Below the pieces are notes generated by a model. The model was not told the origin of the DNA. It searched no databases and saw only the letters and a program-made list of their open reading frames with translations. A stretch of 64,000 bases of DNA from Pavona decussata (taxonomy: Eukaryota). Each line of letters opens with the position of its first letter. Within the stretch, counting starts at the first letter, position 1. Of the stretch, positions 26,041 to 36,789 are shown piece by piece. The stretch is from NCBI GenBank assembly GCA_977016875.1, contig CDRNST010000096.1, forward strand, positions 124,001 to 188,000, written 5' to 3'. A program made the translations under genes and the position numbers.

Positions 26041-26110
26041 ACTTACCGAGATTCGAACTCTCAACCTTCCGCTCTGTAATCCTTCTTCATATCCACTTGA
26101 CCACGCAAGC
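26041..26110 (-). other. Degenerate tRNA-like A/B-box segment in the Ginger 5' region
   Basis: Minus strand has TGGTCAAGTGG (A box) and GAGTTCGAATC (B box) at tRNA spacing; stems are degenerate. Confidence 0.4.
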
Positions 26111-26570
26111 AATCGTTGCAAAGTACCACATATTTTTTGTAATGATTAGTTATTGGTCCCAGACTCCCCTTGACCAGAACTTTAATTTATTCATACCTGC
26201 GCGGTTACCTTTGTGCATGGACTTCTGTTCTCAAACGTTTCGAAATCGCCACGTGTGCAGATGAAACGGTATTTTACGAGAAATTGGACGCCTTAAAAGC
26301 TTCAAGCAAGGGAAAAGAAAGCAAAACAACATTGTTTATTTCCGACGACTTCTACGATAACGCCAAAATCTGGCTAGGACAAGACGAACACTCGTTCGAG
26401 TCAATGTCAAAGAAAGAGTTTGCAACTGTCAAACGTAAACAGTGGACTCTATGTAAAGTATATGAAATGATTCATATATGAACTGCGGATGTAGATGAAA
26501 GTGAGAAGTGATCATCGCAGTGAATTTTCCAATTTATGCAATTGGAAATTAGAAGCCTGAAAAAAATTCA

Positions 26571-26603
<33 letters not shown>

Positions 26604-26642
26604 GTTACCGGTGCGATGCTCTACCAACTGAGCTATGAAGCC
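26571..26642 (-). ncRNA. tRNA-like cloverleaf (GGT at anticodon position), unit 1
   Basis: GGCTTCA/TGAAGCC acceptor, GCTC/GAGC D stem, ACGGG-TTCGAAT-CCCGT T arm. C33 and an A:C mismatch in the anticodon stem. Confidence 0.8.
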
Positions 26643-26820
26643 ACACATTGGGAGCGAGGTCAATTGTAGGTTCCCATTTTCCCGTGAGAGGAGTGAAACG
26701 ATGTAAAGTATATGAAATGATTCATATATGAACTGCGGATGTAGATGAAAGTGAGAAGTGATCATCGCAGTGAATTTTCCAATTTATGCAATTGGAAATT
26801 AGAAGCCTGAAAAAAATTCA

Positions 26821-26853
<33 letters not shown>

Positions 26854-26892
26854 GTTACCGGTGCGATGCTCTACCAACTGAGCTATGAAGCC
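26821..26892 (-). ncRNA. tRNA-like cloverleaf, unit 2
   Basis: Identical to 26571-26642. Confidence 0.8.
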
Positions 26893-27070
26893 ACACATTG
26901 GGAGCGAGGTCAATTGTAGGTTCCCATTTTCCCGTGAGAGGAGTGAAACGATGTAAAGTATATGAAATGATTCATATATGAACTGCGGATGTAGATGAAA
27001 GTGAGAAGTGATCATCGCAGTGAATTTTCCAATTTATGCAATTGGAAATTAGAAGCCTGAAAAAAATTCA

Positions 27071-27103
<33 letters not shown>

Positions 27104-27142
27104 GTTACCGGTGCGATGCTCTACCAACTGAGCTATGAAGCC
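27071..27142 (-). ncRNA. tRNA-like cloverleaf, unit 3
   Basis: Identical to 26571-26642. Confidence 0.8.
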
Positions 27143-27259
27143 ACACATTGGGAGCGAGGTCAATTGTAGGTTCCCATTTTCCCGTGAGAGGAGTGAAACG
27201 ATGTAAAGTATATGAAATGATTCATATATGAACTGCGGATGTAGATGAAAGTGAGAAGT

Positions 27260-27298
27260 GGCTTCATAGCTCAGTTGGTAGAGCATCGCACCGGTAAC

Positions 27299-27331
<33 letters not shown>
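27260..27331 (+). ncRNA. tRNA-like cloverleaf, inverted copy
   Basis: Same 72-nt sequence on the plus strand, starting exactly at the inversion junction. Confidence 0.8.
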
Positions 27332-28849
27332 TGAATTTTTTTCAGGCTTCTAATTTCCAATTGCATAAATTGGAAAATTCACTGCGATGATCACTTCTCA
27401 CTTTCATCTTTCACAGTGGACTCTGTATCAGGGAAAAATTCAAGATAAAAATGGAAGAAATGTTATTCCAAAAAGTGAGCTCTTCAAAATCTTGACCGAT
27501 GCACATTCTGCTATTGCTCACCGTGGCAGGGATAAGACAGACCATTACGTGCGTGGACATTACTCAGGAATTAACCAAGAGGTAACTGAATTATTTGTGT
27601 CGCTTTGCACTCTACATCAATCTCAACGCAGTGTGACAAGCTATATGAAGAAACCTGTTATTAAACCAATTGCAGCCGATAGTTTCCTGAAGCATGTCCA
27701 AATTGATTTAACTGACTTTCGAAATTTGCCTTGTTCGTGTACTTCAAGTCATAAATGGGTGCTTCACATTAACGATCATTATAGCAAGTATTCTTGGTTG
27801 ATTCCACTGAAGTCAAAGACATGCGAGGAGGTTGTGCAAGCACTGCAAAACGTTTTTTTAATGTTTGGACTTCCACACACCTTGCATAGTGACAATGGAA
27901 AGGAATTTACAGGCAAAAAAAATGAAAGATTGCTGAGAGACAAATTCCATTACACAAGTTCATGGTGCTCCAAGAACGCCCACTACACAGGGGCTGGTAG
28001 AGCGAGGCAATCGTACTTTCAAAGAAAACTTAAGTAACATTCTTAGAGAGAAAAAGGCTGAGCTCAACAGTTGGTGCAGTGTACTGGGTGAAGCAGCTTA
28101 CAAGAAAAACATAACCATACATGATGCAACCAAACAAATTCCATACGTTGCAGTCTTTGGAACAAAACCATGGAAGGAAACAGACAACAATGGTGTCTCA
28201 ACAGAGGATAATGATGAAACATCAACAGCTGTCACACCGTCTTCATCATCCCAGAAAAGGCAGTTAGAAGAGCAATTGGAGCAAAGAAAAAAGATGCAAA
28301 AAACTGTAAATCAAAATCAAGAGCAATATAATGCAAAAATGAAACAAGCCAGGAGTAAAAAAACTTCCTTTAAAGTCGATGACATTGTAGCTATAAAAAT
28401 TGATAAGGTAGATAAGACCTCGCCTCTTCATCCAAATGTCCTCATTGGCAAAGTTCTCCACGTTGAAAATAACTATACGAAAGTTGTTACAAGACATGGA
28501 ATAATTTCAACTTTTATTTCAACAAATCGTTTAAACAAATGCACAGCTACTAGTAATGTTTTTGATTACTCCAAGGAGATTGCCTTTTCATCAGCTGGCA
28601 AACAAGAAATGAATTATAAATAAAAAGATCGGTAACATTGTTCGTGTCCAATTTACTGTCACTCTTCAAGACAATTTCTTAATTAAGTAGCACATTCCTC
28701 TGTATTGTTCTAGGTATCTTTTAACTTAAATGAGTCCATAGCCTTACTTAAGTAAAAGGAAAATCAATGAAAAGAAAATCAATGTAATGTGGCTTAAGGG
28801 TACTCCAAAACAAAACAACCCCAACCTTACACAAAAGCAAACTGAGCAT

Positions 28850-29090
28850 TTAACTCTAATCACTAAAACTTACGGCTTAACCCTAATCACTGAAATACAT
28901 CTAGTAGCCCTAACCTTCCATGAAAGCTAACCATTTGAAATAAGCACTTAACCCTAATCACTAAACTAAGGGCTTAACCCTAATCACTGAAATACATCTA
29001 GTAGCCCTAACCTTCCATGAAAGCTAACCATTTGAAATAAGCGCTTAACCCTAATCACTGAAATACATCTAGCAGCCTTAACCTTAATGT
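28850..29090. repeat. Subterminal tandem repeats with TAACCCTAA motifs in Ginger2
   Basis: Repeated cttaaccctaatcactgaaatacatctagtagccctaaccttccatgaaagctaaccatttgaaataagc units. Confidence 0.85.
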
Positions 29091-30314
29091 TACTTAAAAC
29101 TAACTGAAACAGTATCCTTATGCAAAGACCCTAGGTAAAAAAGATTTAACCTAGTTAAAAAAAAATAACCTAGGTTAAAATTTTTTTAACCTGAATTGAA
29201 ATTTGACCTGTAACATATACACCAAATTTATTTGCATTTCGTTTAGTATTGTCATACCTACCCACCTCGACTAGCTTTAGGTATTTGCGCGTAAGTATAT
29301 ACCTATCTTGTAACTTTCTGTTTTCAATTAAGTGTTGCTGTTGTGTTGTGTTTTAGTTGACCAATCACATCACATGATAGAACAATGAATTCCCGCCAAA
29401 GTCAATCGAACCAATCACGAGCAGTCAAAATCACAACGGTCAAAATCCGAAAAGTTCCAGTTATTTAAAAAAAAAAGGAACCAAAATTGTTATGCTGTGT
29501 CTAGATGTCCGGAAGCCAGACAGGATTTTCAAAATACTCTGTGACCGGCAGTCCGATAATTTCACAATTTCGGGTCTATGTATGCGAATAGTCGATTTAT
29601 CCAGCGCCATTGTCGATTACAGTCCCCAAGTTGTTGTGTCAATTTTTCTTACCGCTCTGCACTATTTGCAAATTTCGGAATCATCAGACTTGTGAAAATT
29701 ATTTATGAAAGTTTTTCCGACGATATCCAGTTCCTTGAGGGGCGAATTGCACTCGGCTGTAATATCAAGTCAACGAGTATGAGAGGGCCGCGCCCAAACG
29801 AGCAAAGACCTGCTCAAATTGTCATTTATCCGGGCATCAAAAGAACAATTGTAAAAACCCGATTTATCCTGGAATCAGTCAATGCAATCTCCAGAGTAAA
29901 CACTCGGAAGTTAAATCTGAAATTGCAGTCTTCAAGCCTTGATAAAGGACCTGGAAAAAAGGTCTGAAAAAGCAAAGAATCAATTATGAATTTGAAGGCA
30001 GCCCGTGAAAAAGCAAGTAACAGCTTCTTTGAAATAATGAGACCACAACTGCGGAAGAGCAATCCAATGAGATACGCTGGGATGCATCACTTCATTTCAG
30101 ATCGCAATCGCATGACTCTAAAGAAAATGATTGGCGATTGCCAATTATGATCGAGGAGTTCCTAAGTATGAGGTGCAATTACTGCCAAAATTCAGCCACT
30201 GTTATTTTTATTGTGCCTCTGTTTTGACAAATGGTGCCTCTAATATTCAGCGGTCTGGGAACAACTTTCGGTTGACTTAACCGAGGAAGACTGGGGACCA
30301 GTGTCCACATCCAA

Positions 30315-31505
30315 AATGGCCGACTCTGTGGCAGCTCTTCGCCAGCTTGTTGAAAGAGAATTACGAAACATCAGCAGCAGTGTATCAACAGACCCCATGA
30401 GGACCCTAGTGAAAAACGACCAAGTTGCCGTTCCTGTTAATTTCTTGGATTCGGTTGTGCGGTTGAATGAGGATATTTACGGAGACATTTTGGCTGCAAG
30501 ACGTATTTTAGAAAACTTGAGCTCAACCTTCAGTACGAACTCTTCAAATCAATAGCAATACGCCAGGGCATCCTTCTCATGAAATAAGCGTCAACCAGTT
30601 ACAGTCACTCATAGACTTAAGATTTACAGTTCCACAGATTACTTCATGTGTCCTCGAGAACCATTGAATGGTGTCTTGCTGAATATGGCATCTCATCAGG
30701 GCCATTCTCCACCATCACGGACAAGGACTTGGATGGCCAGATTAAAGACTTCAAGGTCTTTCATCCTAACTGTGGATCAAAGAATCTGGCTGGTCTACTT
30801 TTATCATCATAACAATAAATCAATGTTAAAAGTTTTCTTGGCTTTACTTTGAATATTAATTGTCTTTTTTTGCAGATATTGAAAAATTTTTGAAGTTTAC
30901 AACAGGAAGCTCAACACCATCTCCAACTGACATTCACCAGTTGATGGTCGAGATTTCTGCAGAGGCCTCAGCAATTTTCGCCTCCACATGCTTGTTGAAA
31001 CTTATCATTCCAGAGTCAATAGCTGATTTAAATTAAAAATCATTTAGTGCAAGTATGACGGCAGTAATGGATGGGCAGGGAACTGCCTTCACTGTGCCAT
31101 GATTATAACTGGAAGTAGCAAATTTTAGTGTTCGATATTTTTGGTAACAATGTTTCCTTGTTGGGTTTGTTTTACAGTGTAAATTTTGTGATGGATCTAC
31201 GGTATGTTTGGTTGAACCCTCTGAAATAAGTTAGGAAAGTCTGAAAATGTGCTCTCATGGTAAAAAAAAGCTAAAAAGGTGTATAATTCAAAAATACATA
31301 AAAAGAGCAAAAAGAATCATAAATTGACAGAAATATGCCCTACACTGAGTGGTCACTTACTCGCGTTCTTGTTTTTTGTTTTTTTGCATCAAAAGTAGCA
31401 AATATATCGTGGATAGGCCTGGTGAAATGCTTTTCAAAGAAAACTGTACTCGAAGGAAGAAATTTTGCATTTCAATGAGGGAGTTACGTGTAAGAGCAGT
31501 AAACA
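30315..31505 (+). mobile_element. Deleted element: IS3EU-like transposase N-terminus joined to a terminal HECT-domain exon (copy 1)
   Basis: FTVPQI..VSSRTIE..LAEYGI..FSTITDKDLD..FHPNCGSKNLAG at ~30620-30800, then exon 30876-31102 FLKFTTGS..IFASTCLLKLIIP..AFTVP*. Duplicated at 47133-47820 plus 50175-50298. Confidence 0.55.
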
Positions 31506-32584
31506 GCAACAAAATGACTGATTTTTAGAATGCCATCAGACTTCTTCAGTGTAAGCACAGGTGCAACCGCAATTCCCATTTAGCTTTTAATTCCCAAATC
31601 GCTCTCTATTTGATTATTGTATAATATTTATTGTTTCAGCAAAGGCATTTTTGTGAACAAGTTAGCCTAAAATTGAGTTGGTAGGAAAGTAATTTAACAA
31701 CTTTAAATTACCCCACAAAATGCTGGAAATTGCATTACAGAGGAGCTACCTAAAATTCGAAAACAGACCCCTTTAAAGGTTTCTGCCTTTGACAGTCATT
31801 TTCCACCCCCTTCCCCCCTCTTCCCCTTACTCTCTCTCTTTTTCTCTTGCCTGGATCTACCAACTGGGCGGAAAAACCACTGTGCATGCTTGCTGAAAAT
31901 AGTGCCTGTTAAAGTTTCAAAATGGCGGACAATGAATTGCATTTTTCCACATAACTCCCACATAACTGGGGACCAGTTTCTGACTGATCGCACATGTGTG
32001 CGTTGTTATCACAAATTTAACAGTCAGCTCAATTTCTTCACAAAATGAAGGGCTACTTTAGATGGTAACCGAATATTGTTTTCCAATACGTTTTGGGCAT
32101 CGTTCTGTTGGCAGCTATTATGGCTGTTCTGGACGATGAGACTTCAGTGGACCTTGGATTGTCAAGGTCAGAATTTTGGTGACAGTAAGTTTGATTATTT
32201 TTGAAGATAACGAAATATGACTATTTTTTCCTTCCAATGACTTTTTAAACGCCATTCCAATGTGGTCATCTATTTCTTTGACACGAAAATCAAGTCAGTG
32301 TGTTCTTCCCGCATGTCGTTGAAACCTTCATGTCCGCTGTCCTCGGGAATGGTAGGCAATTCCGCCTGTTGTCTCGGCTAATTCAATTTGTTTATGTTTG
32401 TGTAAACCTGTCATGTAATTTTAAGTCAGTATTCTACTCCTTGTTTGAAAATGCTGTTTAAATGACTGTATTTAAAACCGTAAGTTATCGAGTTTGAAAT
32501 AAACTTTTTGAAGAGTACCTTGATGTTGTTGTCATTGTGTTCAGGCTCCGCGAAGTTTGCGAATAACGGACAACTGGTTTGACA

Positions 32585-32755
32585 GGGTATCTGTAAAACG
32601 CGGACTGGATGGCTGCGCATGGCGGATGGGAAAATGCGGATGACAAAATAAAATAACAAATTAAAAAAAAAGAAAAAATGAAACAATATAAAAAGTATAA
32701 ATATATAAATATACAGATTAACAAGAAGAAAAAAAATTGAATGGAAAATGACAAC
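32585..32755 (-). repeat. Inverted copy of the 6946-7097 repeat
   Basis: Visual alignment. Confidence 0.75.
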
Positions 32756-33229
32756 TTTACTGCGTGTTTTAAAGTCTAGCAAATCTCGTTCTATTTCGTG
32801 CTGTGGCACATGTCCGCGTTCTTTCTTCCAAGCAACACAAACGTCCAAAAGGTATGATTCATTTACAGAGATTAATTGATTAAAATTTTGTGGCCTGCCT
32901 GCAAATTTAAATCTCGCGACCATTGATATTTTCATGTGCGTAATTGACTAAAATTGTATTGTCTCATCCGAAAGTTTTAGCTATCCTGACGGGTCTTGCT
33001 GAAAGTTCGAGGACACGTAGTAGCAATTGTTTCGTTAGAAAATTTTAGGGGACGTTTTTCGCTATACCTGTGACTACAAAAATTAAGCGGGAGTCTGAGT
33101 GAATATAAACTGCTCATCTGAATATTATAGGCGTATAACCTATTCATCCAAAAACGTTAGGGGATAAAATTATACGCTCTGTCAGACCTAAATAATGTAA
33201 ATTCCTGATAATACCTCATTTTCTCACCA

Positions 33230-33478
33230 AAAATTTTAGCAGCTTTTAGAATAGTTACGACAGACGAAAGTTTTAGAGGACAAAAACACCATCCGAAAAT
33301 TATGTGAGTTATAAAACGTGTGCACATCATTCCCGAAAATTCTAGGGAAACTTGATGGTTTTCCGAAAAACCTCAAAAAGTCTGGTCTAGGGGATCGCTT
33401 GGCGAAAACTTTCGAAATTTTTAGGGAACCTTCCATCCGAACAGATATTTTACCAAAATATTCCTTTGGGTGCCCCTG
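33230..33478 (-). repeat. One end of a P-like MITE related to 2860-3344
   Basis: ccgaacagatattttaccaaaatattcctttgggtgcccctg is the reverse complement of the CAGGGGCACCC end; the partner end was not found. Confidence 0.6.
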
Positions 33479-34946
33479 TACATCCTTTTCTAGTTTACAA
33501 TAAACGTTTTGTGCGCTTGTTTATTTTTTTAAGCGGACTGAATTATTATAACGTTTGCCGCTCGCCGAGGTGGCGTCTATGTGGTAAGTGACAGCCAAGT
33601 CACCGTTGCGTGCGGGAGACTCAATGCAAAGCTGTGAGCCATGATTAAAGCGTTTTTAATGCACCGTATGAATCTGTTTTGGCTTTTTTTTTCCGAGAAC
33701 TTTCAGCCATTTACAAAAATTACAAACGATCAACCACATGATCATTTCGGCGGGAAAAATACCACAGTTGAGAAACCATAATGAAAATCGAGGTCCCATT
33801 CCTACAAGAGCCACAGGCGATCCAAACATGGCTGCAAATAAAGGGTTTGTTAGAGGAACGCTAGTGATAGATTCAATAACATAGTTATACCCGAACATTC
33901 TCAATGAAAAAGTCGCACTTTATGGCGTTTGTGTGTTTGTCTTTTTCTGAGTTAACGCCATTTAATCGATTTTTTTATTCCCGGTTAGAAGAAATACGAG
34001 TGAAAAACCGGGAAGCAAAGAAAGCGATACAACGAACGGAACGCAAGGAGTATTAACACGTCTTATGAAGACTACCGACTAAAAGCAGATTGATGATTGG
34101 TTTAGTGGTCTCTTTAAGAGGGAAAGTCTACTAAGACCGAGCGAAATGTTATCTCAATATCATTCTTGAGCAGCAGAATACTAATAAAACACATCCCTTA
34201 AACTTAAAACTTGTAAAAAAAAGTCGTTTTTTTAACTGTTGGGTTGCCTTGTTGTTTATTTAGGTCCTCATTAATTTAAATTATGCAAACGTCTTATTCT
34301 TTGTACATCAGGGAAACTGTTCCATTTTAGAGGCTGTGGTTGGTCAAGAAAAAAAGTGGTGTTGTGGTCAAAAGATGACATGGCCTGGATTGCCAGTATG
34401 AATGACTTGTTAAACAAAATGTTTGGCAACGATTTCCTTTCTTATGAATGGGATAGAGGATTAAAATGAATGGTGATGTCACCAGAGTATTTCCCTACCT
34501 ATCAGTATGATCATGCATTGTGGGAGCAGATGTTCCCTACAGTTTTGACCAGTGTCACTTCCTTTTTGGAAAAGCCTCAAATTCCTGCAGCCATTCCAGG
34601 TAGCAGCCCAGCTAACATGCCAGCTACCAGCCCTACTGGCCCAGCCAGCAGCCTTGTCACGAGTTCAGCAACAAGCCCTGCTTCTGGTCCTATGAATACA
34701 TGTACCAATCTCAGCTCTACATCTAGTCACACATTTGATACTACCAACTCTACTGGCCTAGTCAGCAGCCCTTCCACAAGCTTAACATCAAGCCCTGCTA
34801 CTGGTCCCGCAAATGGCAGTTGCAGAACTACATCCAGTCACATAATTGACGCTAGAGTTGCCTTTTAACCTTTTCATGATTTAAGAATCTGTGCTGCAAA
34901 GAATAGTTCCAGAGGCCGACTTGCTATCCTGAAGCTTCCACCTGTA

Positions 34947-35900
34947 ATGCAAATTGCAGATGATGACATCGAGTTGGTTGTTGATCCTGGGTGTCTCAAC
35001 AATCTGTTACAGTCCCCAGTCAGGCCTTCAGAATCAACAATCAAAAAGGCATATAAACTAATGAATGAGGGAAGCGGTGAAGACAGCAATGACGAGGACC
35101 TCAACACTGCAGTTAAATTTGGAGATTGTGGGGTCTTCAATAGCAGAGCTCTACGCATTTGGATGGAAGACTCACGAGCTGCCTCCATTAAGTTTAGAGT
35201 GCAAGAAGAGGAAAATTGGCTGAACAGTACAAGCACCACATTAACACCTCAACAGATTAATGAAATTAGAACCTTGCTTTTTAACAGTGAACCTCAGAGA
35301 GAAATCCTTAGAATTGGTGACATGATTGTTGATGCTGAAGCATTGCAACCTTAGCTCCTGAGAGGTACCTTAGTGGTTTGTAATTGATGCTGCATGTCTG
35401 AGGCACAGCAAGGAAGCCATGTCAAGAAAGTCACATTCATTATATCTACCATCATTTACACAAACGTGAGCTTCAAGAAGGAATCTTCGCTTTCTTGAAA
35501 CATTTTGAAGCCGTATCTTTCAGGCAGAGATCTGAGTAATGTCATATGGATCCTTACTCCAATCCATGTAAATGGGAATCACTGGGGTCTCCTTTGCCTT
35601 AATATGGCACAGCAACAAGCAATCTATGATGATGGGCTAAAACAGAATCCTCCAAGAAACACTGTTGAATTTGCTCATTATCTACTGAAGGCTGTCTCAT
35701 GTAATTCAGAAAATAAATGGAACATCACCTTACCAATTGAGCGTTTTGGAATGCCCAGACAGCCATCATTTGGGGAAGGTTGTGCTAGCTGTGGTGTTGG
35801 TGTGATCTTGGCAGTCTATGATTTCATAGACAACCCTGCAGATAACAGAATTCCTAAATTACATTGGCATTTTCCTGGGAAGACATCGCCAGATAATTCT
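34947..35900 (+). pseudogene. Ulp1/SENP-like (peptidase C48) remnant, probably transposon cargo
   Basis: ILTPIHVNGNHWGLL..YDDGL..MPRQP..ASCGV carries the His/Asp/Gln/Cys motifs. Upstream stops and frameshifts; Ser/Thr/Pro-rich segment at 34470-34868. Confidence 0.75.
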
Positions 35901-36789
35901 CTATCGCTTTACACAATGGAAATGAATAATATTATTATCATTGTTTATTGTCTACATTTTATTTATCTTTATGTCCGGAGTAAATGAAATTCACTTGCAG
36001 AAACATTCATGATGTTTTTTTAATGTATGATGGTTTCTTAGAAACTATTTTGATGTAAAATAAGCGTGAAATATTTTTGAGAAATAGTGCTGATAATCCA
36101 TATCCGCCAGGAAATTGAGTGCTTTACGAAATTTTGTGATGGTTTTCAATAGTTTTCGACTGTCAAACGAAAACATTGTATTATAGGTTACACGAATATA
36201 TGACTTGTACTCTGAACGTGACTTCAATCGACCAAAGTTTTTCTCACCTTGTTAAGCACCTGAAATTACGGAAAGGGATGAAAGAAGTCTAATTAAAAAT
36301 TACATGTTTTGACAGCTGTAGAACATGTTTTAAGCTCTCTTTGTAAACTTGAGCCTTCGTCCGCAACAATAGGAGTTGACACATTACATAATTATAATGA
36401 CCACAAATATTCTATGAATGCGGCTTTCAAATCCCCTTTAGCACTAAAATCGAGCCTCTAGCTTGTCATGTTTCGAAAAGCATTATTGTAGGAAAGTTTG
36501 TTTGTCAACTGCAAAGGTCTGTAAGTTGTATTTTATATTTAAAAGTTTCTAATTGCTACATTGTAATTGTCATTTTCCTTTTTGGTGGCAAAATTGTATT
36601 AGTTTTAACTTGTGATTCTGTTTAGTACCTGTCCATAACTTTTCAAGTGCAAACTTTTTTCCACCATTTTGTTAAACAAGCAAAGTTATGCTGAGTACAG
36701 AATTGTAAATAATTATATGGCCCATTGTTCAAGGAATGGAAGATACAAATGAATTTTCAAATATGCATTTTAAAAACCTCTATATTTTT

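Larger units (their letters stand above)
26451..27412 (-). mobile_element. Tandem tRNA-like retroposon insertion (3.24 x 250 bp plus an inverted 150 bp) with a 12-bp TSD
   Basis: Identical units at 26451-26700, 26701-26950 and 26951-27200, a partial unit to 27260, then inverted 27260-27409. TSD ACAGTGGACTCT at 26439-26450 and 27413-27424. Removal restores KRKQWTLYQG. Confidence 0.93.
26250..28623 (+). pseudogene. Ginger2 integrase-like transposase (KRBA2/SCAND3-like), disrupted
   Basis: HSAIAHRGRDKT..CTLH, QIDLTD, DHYSKY, LHSDNGKEF, PTTQGLVERGN. Interrupted by the 26451-27412 insertion and a frameshift in the A-run near 27920. Confidence 0.88.
25694..29215 (+). mobile_element. Ginger2/TDD-type DNA transposon, full length
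   Basis: TIRs TGTTACAGGTCAAA / TTTGACCTGTAACA with AACCTAGG subterminal repeats, 4-bp TSD TATA, and a Gypsy-like integrase without RT. Confidence 0.88.

Noticed and set aside
26643-26820. Hammerhead, HDV or twister ribozyme in the non-tRNA part of the 250-nt unit
   Set aside because: Stems are present, but I could not identify the conserved catalytic cores on either strand; an Infernal search is needed to exclude it.
26451-27260. CRISPR-like array
   Set aside because: Units are identical over the full 250 bp with no variable spacers, there are no cas genes, and the context is eukaryotic.
26571-27331. Cluster of four genuine tRNA-Thr(GGT) genes
   Set aside because: C33 instead of U33, a mismatched anticodon stem, an anticodon atypical for eukaryotes, and location inside a TSD-flanked insertion.
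28850-29090. Interstitial telomere array
   Set aside because: Motifs are isolated within a longer minisatellite, not tandem (TTAGGG)n.
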